Part shown: positions 32,955 through 43,563 of the stretch, one piece after another | How the letters are laid out: the number at the start of each line of letters is the position of its first letter | Position numbering within the stretch: the stretch's first letter is position 1 | DNA from: Cyanidioschyzon merolae | Taxonomy: Eukaryota | Reading direction: 5' to 3' (one strand) | DNA: 64,000 bases | Assembly: GCA_000091205.1 (NCBI GenBank) | Contig: AP006488.2 | Position numbers and translations under genes: made by a program | The notes under the pieces: model-generated | The model's database searches: none | What the model was told of the DNA's origin: nothing | Seen by the model: the letters and a program-made list of their open reading frames with translations, nothing else

Positions 32955-34745
32955 ATGGCTGCGAACACGGAAGGTGACGAAGTTTCGCTGCCAGTGGCGA
33001 AAACGCTTCGCAGTATACTGGAGCTGACGGACCCCAGAGAGGCTGCAGATGCCTTCGCCGCTTTCATCGGCCTGCACACCCAGCGTATGGAAGACACATA
33101 TGGGCCACAGAACAATTGGGGAAAGCTCAAGGATGAACTGTATAAATGGCAACTTAGCCTCGCGGAGGTATTGGTAGCCACCCTCCAGCAGCGAATCTTT
33201 GAAACGTATCCACCGCATGGCTCGGGGGCAACCCACGGCCTTCGGATACCTCGTCGAAATGCATGGCTGCTTTTGTCGCAACTCGTATACTACGTCTCAA
33301 AGCGAGGTCTGTTGAGACCCCATGCTCGTAGCGTTCTCAGCGCTGTTCGCTACGAGCTCTGGAAGGAAATGGGATGGGTCTACTTTGCGGAACTGGCGTA
33401 CTTTCTTGTTCGTTGGCGGCAGCAGTTCGTTGGGCTGCTCACCACCAGAATGAGTTCGACTGCTTCTGGTTGTGATCGCCGCACCAGCTACCCCACCGCT
33501 CGTGATTACGAGGCCTCTCATGTGATCGTAGCGGTACTGCCGCAGGTGCTGCGCTACGTTCCCGCACAGACGTGGTCCGCTCTCGGCGCAAGAGCGCCGT
33601 ACACTGGGACACAGTCGGGACAAATTGATCTTCAACAGAATGCAGTTCCGGCAACGCGAGAGGCGCTGCTCAGTTGTTTCGTTGCGCATACGGCTTGGCG
33701 ACATCCGGAACGCCTCGTAGAAGCCACGCTTGTTCCGAATCAATGGAGAGATATGGTAACGCATGCTTGGCTCGATGAAATTCTCCTTCGGGAGCAAGCT
33801 ATTTTGCGGCCGTGGATGATGCCTGCAATCACGGCCATGGAAGACGATAAGACTGCCCTTGAGGACGCTGTTCTACGCGAAACGAATCGAGAGCAGTTTG
33901 AGGTGGACGCTTTGCGGGCGCTGGCCAGCTTACGTATCTGCCGTGAGTTGTTTGTGCCAGGACCTTTGCATTGCCCTCCGCTAGATATGACGTTGGCGCC
34001 CAGGGTCACCTCGGAGACAGGATCTGGCCTCCGAGAGCTGCGTGTATGGAAAGCGATCTTCCTCGAGAGGGCCTCATCGCTCGATGAGGAACGGGTTCCA
34101 CGCTGTCTTCGAGTCGACGGAGGAGCCGCAGCTCGCCTCGTTGATGTCATTCATGGAGCATCTCTTTCGCCCCTGGAGGCAGACACCATCCTGGACCGCC
34201 TCATCGACGCTGATGAAACCCTGATTCACCGGCTTCACTTGAGTCCGGAGGATCTTCTGCGCTTCCACGAGAATCACAGCGTTCGGCATACAGCCCGGAT
34301 CTTGCAACACCTGGTTGATACGTGCACCAACCGCTTGCCAGAATATATGGACGCATTCACGTTGCTTCCGGTAACGATTTCGAATCTGTCTCTTGTTCAC
34401 GCAGTAGATCGGGAACTCTTCTTTCGGCTGTACACAAGCCGAGTTTGTGCTCAAGGACGCACACTGGTCTCGTGGAATGACACGGCTTCGGAGCGCGTCG
34501 CTGAGCTCTTCGCGACCTTTGTTCTACGCATGCTCGATGAACGTCCCACCTGGATAACGAATGAGATCTCCGTAGAACTTGAAGCCTGGGCACTTTGTGC
34601 ATCCAGGGTGATGCGCCCTGTGGAACTTTATCGTTGCCTTCGGCGACGACGTTTAAGTCCCAGTGCACGCCCACAAACAAGCACGGCGGTAGCAGCGTCT
34701 GGCGAGTACATCTCGTTCCAGTTGCTATCGTCGGATGCACAGTAG
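32955..34745 (+). CDS. Hypothetical protein (596 aa), no recognisable domain
   Basis: A long intact ORF (ATG start) with balanced, non-repetitive composition. No motif was recognised by eye. Confidence 0.5.
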   Translation: MAANTEGDEVSLPVAKTLRSILELTDPREAADAFAAFIGLHTQRMEDTYGPQNNWGKLKDELYKWQLSLAEVLVATLQQRIFETYPPHGSGATHGLRIPRRNAWLLLSQLVYYVSKRGLLRPHARSVLSAVRYELWKEMGWVYFAELAYFLVRWRQQFVGLLTTRMSSTASGCDRRTSYPTARDYEASHVIVAVLPQVLRYVPAQTWSALGARAPYTGTQSGQIDLQQNAVPATREALLSCFVAHTAWRHPERLVEATLVPNQWRDMVTHAWLDEILLREQAILRPWMMPAITAMEDDKTALEDAVLRETNREQFEVDALRALASLRICRELFVPGPLHCPPLDMTLAPRVTSETGSGLRELRVWKAIFLERASSLDEERVPRCLRVDGGAAARLVDVIHGASLSPLEADTILDRLIDADETLIHRLHLSPEDLLRFHENHSVRHTARILQHLVDTCTNRLPEYMDAFTLLPVTISNLSLVHAVDRELFFRLYTSRVCAQGRTLVSWNDTASERVAELFATFVLRMLDERPTWITNEISVELEAWALCASRVMRPVELYRCLRRRRLSPSARPQTSTAVAASGEYISFQLLSSDAQ

Positions 34746-35607
34746 GAATGTGTCAGCGTGTTTGCTGCGGATCCCGGTGGGATCTGTCACGTACTCGCTA
34801 TCGTCAAGTTGCGAAGCATCCGCACATACTACTGCTATGCGCTCTGCCGTTCTGGCACCTTAACATACGCCGTTCATGCATGCGAATTGCATGCAGTCTG
34901 TCTTTTATCCAGAAGAGATCTCATCGCCATCACTGTTGCGACTCTACGGTCTTGCTGCTGAACCAAAGGCCGGCGACCTGGTATTTGCTCCAGTGCGCTC
35001 TGTGCCGTTCTCTGTCGACGAAGACAGACGCATCCATGGAGCTCGCTGTCAATTGATGCCTTCACACGAAGCTGCCTTTTGGAAGCGATGGTATGGACGA
35101 AGAGCGCTACGAGGCATCGGGATCTTGAGGAATGCACGCTCAGCGCGATTCTTGCTGAAATCCTTGCTGTTTGCGCGGAGTCTTGGTATTTGGGGCTTCT
35201 GGTGGATAGGGTTTCGCCTTTCGAGTCATTCCCCGAGGCCTGATGCTATATTCTTTCCGTGTTCTGCCATGGAAACACAAGCTCATTCTTCGTGCTATAG
35301 CAGCGATCCATATGTCTTTTGAGGGAGCCTCTTGGGCGACCGCCAAGGGAGTCGGTCGTCATACAGCACCGAGCTGAGCAAGCAGCAAGGTATTGGATGC
35401 GAGCACGAATCCACACGGCAAATAGGGAACAACGATGTGAAATTGTTCATAAAGCAGCCAAAGTGCTTCATGGTATGAATCGCTTCGGGCTAGCATAGTT
35501 AACTCAGGATGACTTCCAATACCTGCATATGCACCAGGATCGATGTAAAATGGCGTGCCTCGTGCACCTAAGGGGGAGCGCATATGTCTTTTAGTGATGT
35601 TCTTTGA

Positions 35608-35805
35608 CAATACGGACACTACCAGGTGTGTCGGGGTTCGTGTCCCATACTCATTCTCTGCGACAAGACGAACACTACCAGGTGTCTCGGGGTTCGTGTC
35701 CCATACTCATTTTCTGCGACAAGACGAACACTACCAAGCGTCTCAAGGTTCGTGTCCCATACTCGTTGTCTAGAACAATACGGACACTACCAAACGCCTC
35801 AGGGC
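35608..35805. repeat. Minisatellite, about 55-bp unit x about 3.5 ('acactaccaggtgtStcggggttcgtgtcccatactcattYtctgcgacaagacga')
   Basis: Tandem units read directly in the sequence. The units diverge progressively toward the 3' end. Confidence 0.75.
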
Positions 35806-36422
35806 AAATGCGCGGCGGCGCCTGCTGTACCCCAATCTATATGTGTTGTGGCTCGCACGTCACCGTGGACCGGAACATACCTGTCACTCACAGGAACGGG
35901 CGACGCATTGGTGCAGGTTTGGACCAGTGGACAGACACGATTATCTGCCAGATCGTGCAGACCCTGGTCCCTTAGCAGCCTTCTCTGGCAGTCAGAGCTC
36001 GCTACACTTGCGGAAACTGCTGGCCCGTTTCCGGCGATAGCAACGTCCGGACTGCGCGGTGTGCGAGCCCAAGGCCGTGAGCTGAACCTGTGCGGCTCGC
36101 TATACGCTGCGTGTACTGGAAACTCGCTCGACGCGTGTTTTCTTTGAGTCATAGCTCGGAATCGTGTTCTCTGCCTTGAACGAGCACAGGGACTAAAAGC
36201 CGATTCGGCAGCCTACAAGGCAGGATCGTCGCAGGTTTGTTCTGGGGTGCCACCGAGTGCTGGACGGCGATCTACGCACAGCGCAGTCCGCAGTGGTTAT
36301 ACGGCATAGTCGCTCTCTGTCGGTGGCCTAGAGAGACACGCATAACCAGGAAAAACCAGCGAACAGCACGTCTGCTCTCTACCGCACAGCGCAGCCCGCA
36401 GTTGTGGTAGTGGCGACGCGGC

Positions 36423-37097
36423 ATGGGGGCGTGTTTCGGAAAGCCTTCCGAAGCTGGAACCAGCGCTCGAGACGCCAGCTCAACTCGTCGACGCGGAAGC
36501 AGAGGTGATGGTGGTGGTGGTGGTGGCGGTGGCGGCGGCGGAAGGACGAACGCGCATCGCCCCGGCCAACGCATAGAGCTGCTTCTCTTGGGCTTGGATG
36601 GGGCTGGTGCAACCACCATTCTGTATCGCCTCAAGCTACAAAAGTTCATCATTACCGTTCCGACTTTGGGATCTGTAGAGGAAACCATTCGTTGGGGCTC
36701 TGAGGAAATTCTCTTCCATGACCTTGGCGGCACAGATAAACTGCGCCCGCTCTGGCCCATGTATCAGGATGGCATTCAGGGAGTCATCTACGTGGTGGAC
36801 GCTGCCGATCGCCGCCTTGTGGACGCCAACCGTCGTGAGCTGCGACGGTTCTATCGTGCTGCCGTGAAGCTCCACGACGCACCCTTGCTCATCTTTGCCA
36901 CGAAGCAGGACCTGTCTGACGCGATGACGAGTGAGGAGCTGCAGCGAGAGCTTGGACTCGAAGAAATCCCGTGCCGATGTTATCATGTCGCTGGCTGCTC
37001 GGCGGTTACAGGGGAGGGTATTCACGAAGGCATCGACTGGATCGTCGGAGAAATCCGGCGCGGAGGTTCACGGGCGGCGAGCACGTTGCGGAAATGA
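36423..37097 (+). CDS. ARF/ARL-family small GTPase-like protein with substitutions at the key nucleotide-binding residues and a poly-Gly insert
   Basis: The protein has 'MGACFGK' (N-myristoylation-type Gly2). 'LLLGLDGAGATTILYRLKL' aligns to ARF1 'MVGLDAAGKTTILYKLKL' with the P-loop Lys changed to Ala. 'DLGGTDKLRPLW' aligns to 'DVGGQDKIRPLW' (Gln to Thr). 'FATKQDL' aligns to 'ANKQDL' (Asn to Thr). 'CSAVTGEG' is the SAx motif. The tract GGGGGGGGGGGG is encoded by (GGT/GGC)n. Confidence 0.7.
   Translation: MGACFGKPSEAGTSARDASSTRRRGSRGDGGGGGGGGGGGRTNAHRPGQRIELLLLGLDGAGATTILYRLKLQKFIITVPTLGSVEETIRWGSEEILFHDLGGTDKLRPLWPMYQDGIQGVIYVVDAADRRLVDANRRELRRFYRAAVKLHDAPLLIFATKQDLSDAMTSEELQRELGLEEIPCRCYHVAGCSAVTGEGIHEGIDWIVGEIRRGGSRAASTLRK
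36504..36542. repeat. (GGT/GGC)n trinucleotide repeat encoding a poly-Gly tract
   Basis: 'ggtgatggtggtggtggtggtggcggtggcggcggcgg'. Confidence 0.8.
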
Positions 37098-37927
37098 ACG
37101 GCCTGAGCAGGCAGTCCGAGTAGAGCATTTTTATTTCGTGGCGCTCTGGAAGGGAACCGGTGCGATCGCGACAGGGATTTCGGGTCCACGGCGGCCTAGA
37201 AAATCATAGAGCAGAATACGTCAACGTAAATAGGCATGCTAGACAACACGAAAGTAGGCCAAGCACATTCCTATGTGAATCAGGCCTGCATGCGGACACT
37301 ATTTTCGGGCTATGAACGGCATGAAGCCAGGGTAGGTGACAGCCCGGCACGAAACTGCTGAGCACGGTAGATATTGCGGGCACGTCGGCACCGGAGCGAC
37401 ACCATCGCTGCAGCGCTGCGGATCGAAACATCTTCGATGACCGCACTGGTATGATGGTTACGCTCTAGGAAGCGTTTCGGGTATGGAGCGGATGCTCAGG
37501 CCACGAAATCAGGAGCGTTATCGCACCAAGCGCCGGCCGGTGGACGCACCGCCCAGCTTCAGTGAGCACCTTGAGAGCGACCATCGCCGAGACACCACAA
37601 AACCCTTCGATCTCCGTGCGGCAATAGCGGTTGCAAAGGCTTCTGCAGCGCCACAGCAAGCGTCTGGGGCAGGTCAGATAACGGTCTATCTAACGAATTT
37701 GCGGACCACGCAGATTCTATTTACCGCAGTAATACTGGACTGGAGCATCTGGAATACGGACGCGTCTTCACGAAGACGCCAGTCCCTTCCAAAGTTACTG
37801 GACGCTTTTCAGCACTTGCGCGTACCTGGTTCGACTCCCAAGCGCCAAATGAGGAGATAAGTGTACGTGCAGCATCGTCTGACGGAAGCGCGCGATTCTT
37901 TGTACCGCGCGGGAGACTCCGGAAGTC

Positions 37928-38051
37928 AGATGAGCACCCGCAGCAACTATCCGTTTTGTCGCTATCCAGCGCTCGCGGGTGACTGGCGACTCTAGATGAG
38001 CACCCGAAGCGACGCTGTCCGTTTTGTCACTATCCAGCGCTCGCGGGTGAC
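37928..38051. repeat. Tandem duplication (2 x about 60 bp) 'agatgagcacccgMagcRac..tgtccgttttgtcRctatccagcgctcgcgggtgac'
   Basis: Read directly in the sequence. Confidence 0.7.
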
Positions 38052-38160
38052 AGACGCCCGACCATCGGCATCTCGCGACGTGTGTTGCGCGATGGCGGGC
38101 GAACGGCGCAGAAATCACTCTTGAAAGTCCTCGAGTTGGTGGTCTATTCACACTCTGGGG

Positions 38161-39027
38161 ATGGTTTGCAAACGCTCGCCCAAACGAGCCGTATCTTCGG
38201 GTTTCATAGGAATCTCTCTATCTGTATCGCGTATTCAGTCTGTAGTACGCCAAACTTTACAGAGAACTTCGTGGCTGCCTAAAGCGACGAACAACAGGTT
38301 CGCTCGCGACGATGGGGCAACAACGGTGCAACGGCGCTGGCGGCGACGGGGACCGCGTCCGCATCAGCCGCAGTCCCCCTGCGCCTTGATTACGAGCAGC
38401 TTCAGCGTGGTAGGTGTTTCCCAGGCGGCAGCGGGCCAGCACTTGGCCTATGCCTTCGGGGTGAGTCTGCCGCCGACAATGTTGGCCTGGTTCGGAAGCA
38501 CTGGCACGAGCATGACGACGGAGTTTGACGGCGCGAACTCGCTAACGCCGGTCGTGTGGGTACTAGGTGCGGTCGCTGGCCTTGTGGTATCCCACTTGGC
38601 GCAGCAGTCTCCAGCAGCAGTCCGGAAAGCGTGGCTCCGGTTCATTCGAGGTGCGGACGCTCGAGAGGCGAACCCAACTTGTCCAGCGTGCGAGGGCGAG
38701 GGCTCCATCGACTGTCTCTGCCAACGCTGGCGGGTGCCTGACGCCAGCAGCGACAGTTCAGAAAGCAGAAGCGAGCCAAAGGGGCCCCTTCAAAAGGCTT
38801 CGCGGGGTTGGAACCTCTTCTCAAAGAGCAGGACAAGGGTCGCGTTGACAAAGAGCACCTGCTCTCGCTGCCACGGAACAGGACGTGAGCCATGTCCCCG
38901 CTGTGGCGGTGGGGGCATGCTCGTGCACAGCGACGAGGCGTCGCTCCGAGGCGACACCGTGCCCGTGCACCTCGAGGATGGATATGACTGGGAGCGAGCT
39001 GCACGGCTGAAGCGAGACTCGAGATGA
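38161..39027 (+). CDS. DnaJ-type zinc-finger (CxxCxGxG) domain protein with a long N-terminal extension (possible organellar targeting)
   Basis: The ORF encodes 288 aa from an ATG. Its C-terminal half contains 'CPACEGEGSIDC' and 'CSRCHGTGREPCPRCGGGG' (CxxCxGxG repeats). The N-terminus is rich in Ser, Arg and Ala. Confidence 0.5.
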   Translation: MVCKRSPKRAVSSGFIGISLSVSRIQSVVRQTLQRTSWLPKATNNRFARDDGATTVQRRWRRRGPRPHQPQSPCALITSSFSVVGVSQAAAGQHLAYAFGVSLPPTMLAWFGSTGTSMTTEFDGANSLTPVVWVLGAVAGLVVSHLAQQSPAAVRKAWLRFIRGADAREANPTCPACEGEGSIDCLCQRWRVPDASSDSSESRSEPKGPLQKASRGWNLFSKSRTRVALTKSTCSRCHGTGREPCPRCGGGGMLVHSDEASLRGDTVPVHLEDGYDWERAARLKRDSR

Positions 39028-39559
39028 ATTCGCGTCCGAGCGACACGGAAGGTTTTCCCGTGCGCAAGTGTTTTCAACCATGTATATTTTTGACAATAAC
39101 CGGATACGTCTGTTAAAGGCGGCAAGCCAGATGCATGTTCCGCTTGGTTTGGTGCAGGTTCTACGCTCAGTGCATATAAACATGTCTATACACCAATGTA
39201 ACAGGTCATCCTACTTGGGTGTACAAACTAAACTTTGGGCCTCTTCCACCTACCATCAACACTAGTATTTGCGGGCTTTTTCTGCAACTGATTTCTTTTC
39301 CTTTTTCCAACCTCCGGCTTTAAATGCGCTGGTGTCTCTTGTCCCTGTCGCTCCGTTGTCAGCAGTCGAAATACGCTGATGGCAGCGTTCCGGTCCCGAT
39401 TTTGAAGCTTCCGGCTGTTTCCTTTGAATTCCATCTACATGCACAAGTTGCGATATAAGCATCGCTTGCCCTTTTCATCTTATTCGTTATCAGTCTCGGT
39501 GCGCCGTTCTCACTGTGATACCTGATTGTGGGCAGCTGTTCCCGTATGTCTCTACCAGA

Positions 39560-39950
39560 CCTGCTCCTTCGCGTGCCGCCACCTGGCGCCTGAATGCTTG
39601 CTTCAGCGCTCCGTACGTGCCCATGATTGGTACAATAGACTCCAGTCGATGCCGTTCTCAGTTTCCGGGCCCAGTGCCGTACACTGCGATCACAGGTGTG
39701 TTCTTGGTGATCCGCTTTGCGAGTACGCGGTCTGTCGCACACACAAGCGCACGATGTCCCATTCGGCAGATGATTTGTGGAACGCAAGGTTGTCCACGTT
39801 GGAACAAACACATAAAAGACAATCCATGCTGGAGATGCAATCGAGAAATTTCGATCCGTCTACGCTCCATTCGGGCAATGCGGTGACGCAGGCTCCGGTG
39901 GAAGCGAGCGCCGCGATGCCTGGACTCGGGATCCAAGAAACTTTTCCATG
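39560..39950 (+). repeat. Dispersed repeat, copy 1 (inverted partner at 50455..50900), with coding-like conservation
   Basis: ORF 39526..39969 ('...VHCDHRCVLGDPLCEYAVCRTHKRTMSHSADDLW...LEMQSRNFDPSTLHS...EASAAMPG') is about 50% identical to ORF 50455..50892 (-) ('...VHDDHGPLLNDPLGEYSVCCVRKRPLSYSRKDLC...LEIMSRSVDPSTLSS...EAIAAMTR'). Confidence 0.5.
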
Positions 39951-41300
39951 CAAACTCTCGCCGCCGTGAATGCGAATCAAGAACTGCGGTACTCGATCGA
40001 AAGCCCGGCTCCTTCGGGAGTGTGTCGCCATCTAGAGATGATACCGCATGCACTACGGTTCCCAGTCCGCGACAGCTGCATCCTGTCTCGCTGCAGTTGC
40101 CGTATCGTACATCGACGCGCATCCGCCTGTGAGCAATTACAGCGACATAAACCGGGCCACTTGCCATGGAAAGCCACTAAAGACGAGAGGCTGGAGGTTC
40201 CCATTCCGGAACACCCGAACATGGCGGCGGAAAACGGCCGCGGTCGCAGCGCTATTCTTAGCAGCATGACGTATCGATCGAGCGGGAATCTCCGTCTACG
40301 GCACTTCCAGTGACCAGCTGTGCACCAATCTAGACTCATCAAAAAGTATGCAGCTGTCTTTTAGCTTAATTGTTTGGGTCTTTACCAACAATACGATAGA
40401 TACGGAGCGACAACGGAACAAATCTCGTCGGCAGAATCAAGCGCGCTGAATGCGATCGAAACCAGCCGCAAAGTCGTGCCGCTCTCATCCACACGTCTCA
40501 TAGATCACACACGAAAGAAAAATGCTCGCCACCTAGACGGTTCTTAGAGAGCCCCCGGGGAAATGTAGCGAACGCCACTGGGAGCCCGCTCGACCGAAGC
40601 TCTCCCGCGGTGCTCTCTTGTGTACAAAAGGGGCACCAACGAGCATGCGGCATGCTGGTGGCCTGCAACGCGTGTCGCAAGTAGACTTTGTCTTGAGTCA
40701 ATGTGCGATTCGCTCTACCGCGGGTAGCTTCCTTCAAATCACATACTATATTTCGGATAGCGTTGTTCGTAACGACTGCGCGTTCCGTACAGCATCTGTG
40801 CAGATGCACATGCTTCGTGTACTGTTGGTCCACTCACGTGCGCATTCAAGGATCATAGATTGGACAGGCACCACGAACCGTAACAGTGACTTGGCAGGCA
40901 TCGGGCGCGGTCCTGGTGAAAGTGGGCTCATCGGCTCTAGACGATGCTTCGATGCGATGCCCAGCAACGCCCGCAGGCTCACGACATAAACGACGCTCGT
41001 GCGTTCCATGCGTGCCGCGTACTAGCCTAGCGGTAGCGGGATTCTGCGCGCTCGCTCTAAGCTTTGATGCTTGCCCCATGCATTATCGTCTGTCTAGCGT
41101 TCGCCATTTTCTCCACGTGTGCAGCGAAAACTGCCGCAAAGACTGCTCTTGGAATCATGGTACAGTGCGCACGGAGTCTCACGAGCAACCGCGACTGAAA
41201 GCAGCACGCGGTTCGACCAGCCTAGAGAGAACCTTGCGTTGCCGCTCATCAAACTTCCAGTGACATTTGAGCGGTTCTCAAAGAGCCGTGCGTTAGGATT

Positions 41301-41642
41301 TCAAGCGTGGGCGATACCGGACTCGTCGAGAAGCGGCAGCAGGCGGCCTGTTCGGTGCAGCTCCTGGACAGCATCGTTGCCTCCGAGGTGGCGTCCCCGC
41401 ACCCAGACACTCGGAACCGTTCGTTGCCCGGTCATTTCGTACAATATCCGCTGCATAGCTGAACCCAGGGGTAATATGTCCAGTTCCAGCGCTCTATAGC
41501 GGATCCCAAGACGCTCAAAGAGGCGCTTCACCGCTGCACAAAAGCCACAGTAGGTTTTACTAAAGATGACAACAACATCTCGCTCCGCCAACGCGCCTTT
41601 CACTTGTTCCTCAGCCTGAACATCGACACTGGAACGACCCAT
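41301..41642 (-). CDS. Glutaredoxin (CGFC active site)
   Basis: 'VVIFSKTYCGFCAAVKRLFERLGI...LGSAMQ...TGQRTVPSVWVRGRHLGGNDAV' matches the glutaredoxin fold motifs (CxxC, TVP, GG.DD-like). The start is probably the second Met (MGRSSVD). Confidence 0.7.
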   Translation of the reverse strand: MGRSSVDVQAEEQVKGALAERDVVVIFSKTYCGFCAAVKRLFERLGIRYRALELDILPLGSAMQRILYEMTGQRTVPSVWVRGRHLGGNDAVQELHRTGRLLPLLDESGIAHA

Positions 41643-41996
41643 GAGCACAACTCGAAATACCAGCGCCGCAGAACACGTCTCGAAACACAGTGCCTACGAC
41701 GACATCAGGCGAGACGTCGCGCCAGGCCTTCCTCAGGACGTACGGAGGGTACGCTAATCTGCGATGAACATGCGGCAGATGGAGTAGTTGCCATTAAATG
41801 TACAATACGGACTCCAGTGACGCATATCCTTCGTGGGTGGATGCGCGCACCTGTTTGCAGGAGGCATCGTCTCCCGTATGTGCGCAACCCCGAGAAGCGC
41901 CGCCTTCGACCAGCTGTTGTTCAGGTTCGGGATATACCACGAGACGGCTCACAGCGTTGCAGCACCTGAACGCATGTTCCGCTTTCCAGTCCGCGT

Positions 41997-42749
41997 ATGT
42001 GGGTATCGGGCATTGCGTTGTGCACGGTAGGCAATATGAGTCGCGGCTCGTTCAACTGTCAGCGGGTTGGGGTCCTGCTCAGCGCTGGCAGTTTCTCGCC
42101 CCCGACACTGATGCACCTGCTCTCTCTCGAGCAAGCTCGCGAGTACGTTGAAAATACTTTGCATCATCCAGTTTGGAAAGGGTTTCTCTCACCAGTGCAC
42201 GACGCTTATCAGAAACCTGGTCTGGTGGCGGCGAAACACCGGCTACAGATGTGTGCGCTCGCTGTGAAAGACTCGGACTGGGTCCAAGTCGATGCCTGGG
42301 AAGCCCAGCAACCCTGCTACTCTCCGACGTTTCAGGTTGTGCAGAGCCTGCGAGAACGTTTGGAGGCCCAGCGACGCCTGCCTGACCCTGGTCCGAGTGT
42401 TTTCCTTGTTTGTGGTGCTGATCTCGTTGCCTCGATGAACAATCCCAGTATCTGGCCTGTTGAGCACTTGCAGAAACTATTCGCGCTCTGTGAGGTGGTG
42501 GCGCTTCCACGCCCTGCTCTCGATGCAACTGACGAAGAAGCACTAGAACGGGTCCTAAGACAATATCCTGCTGCAATCCATTACTGGAAAGACGCACCCG
42601 TCCAGTGCAATATCTCATCGACGCTGGTACGCGAACGCGTCGCACATGGGCGCTCGATACGCTACCTCACGCCCCGTGCCGTGGAGAACTACATCTGGGA
42701 GCACGGATTATATAGACAAACAAACCCTAGTATTGAATCCGCCCAATAA
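41997..42749 (+). CDS. Nicotinamide/nicotinate mononucleotide adenylyltransferase (NMNAT)
   Basis: 'LLSAGSFSPPTLMHL' is the (H/T)xGH-type motif. 'ISSTLVRERVAHGRSIRYLTPRAVENYIWEHGLY' is the ISSTxxR / SIRYL C-terminal motif. The ORF encodes 250 aa, and the start is possibly the internal 'MSRGS' at 42036. Confidence 0.75.
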   Translation: MWVSGIALCTVGNMSRGSFNCQRVGVLLSAGSFSPPTLMHLLSLEQAREYVENTLHHPVWKGFLSPVHDAYQKPGLVAAKHRLQMCALAVKDSDWVQVDAWEAQQPCYSPTFQVVQSLRERLEAQRRLPDPGPSVFLVCGADLVASMNNPSIWPVEHLQKLFALCEVVALPRPALDATDEEALERVLRQYPAAIHYWKDAPVQCNISSTLVRERVAHGRSIRYLTPRAVENYIWEHGLYRQTNPSIESAQ

Positions 42750-42769
42750 CCTCGGAGACACGCACATTG

Positions 42770-43563
42770 CTACCAGAGGAAAGACGCAATCTCGAAATCA
42801 CTGGCGGAGCAGCCTGCGCACCTGTGTCGAGAAGCCAGCTCCATGCAGGACAAACGTAACAAGCGCATTACCGTATGGGACTGTTTGCAGCATCGTCGGA
42901 CGTGTCCCTGGAGCACTGTAGGAACTGGAATCCGTGTACGCAGAAATATTGAACGATGGAAAGTCGTGATTTTCGAACATTTGCCCCGGAAAGTTGTTCT
43001 CGGTGTGTGAATGGATGTGGCGCTTGAGCCTTTCGTGATCGCGGGCCATACTGTGCCAAAAACTTGCTCCAGGCGAGGTTCTAATGCCGCCTTGCCTGGC
43101 CATTGGTATTGTTCCATCGGGAGTTTTCCACACTTCTTCACAATGCCCGTGCTGAATCCTAAAGGATTTCTTTGAGGAATCGCTCGACACGAGGACGTTG
43201 GACCCACCGGAAGCGCCAGGCATTTCCAGATGTTGATCGCTTCGTTCAAGCCTCGGTGTGCATAGTGCCTACGCGTATTGTTGCACGTGAAATCACCCCA
43301 TACCGAAAAGCAAGCATGTGGCCTTCGATTGCCTCGCCACCCGACGATCGCCCAACTTACAGTACACAATCACGTGCATGCTTCTCCGTTTCACTCGCAT
43401 CATTTACGGACCGATATCGATGTGGTCCTGTACTCGTGATACGTATACGTTGTTCCGAACTCACGGATGGAAATCGTACCGGATCGATTCCTGCACTCGT
43501 TACAGGCGCGACTCGAAGGAGCAAGAATGCGGCCCCTGAACTGAGCAGAATGTACAGCGCCAT
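42770..43563 (-). other. Fragmented ORFs (three frames) with a signal-peptide start and metallophosphoesterase-like histidine motifs; a possible pseudogene or intron-containing gene
   Basis: 43357..43563 (-) reads 'MALYILLSSGAAFLLLRVAPVTSAG...'. 42798..43223 (-) reads '...FWHSMARDHERLKRHIHSHTENNF...FVLHGAGFS'. 42770..43369 (-) reads '...VWGDFTCNNTRRHYAHRG...'. There is no continuous frame. Confidence 0.2.

Noticed and set aside
35630-35660. tRNA T-arm-like 'cggggttcgtgtccc' inside the 55-bp minisatellite
   Set aside because: The flanks do not form the required 5-bp T-stem (CGGGG does not pair with CCCAT). No acceptor or anticodon arms are present, and the motif is repeated in every satellite unit.
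35608-35805. CRISPR-like array
   Set aside because: The repeats are contiguous 55-bp units with no unique spacers between them. This is a minisatellite, not a repeat-spacer array.
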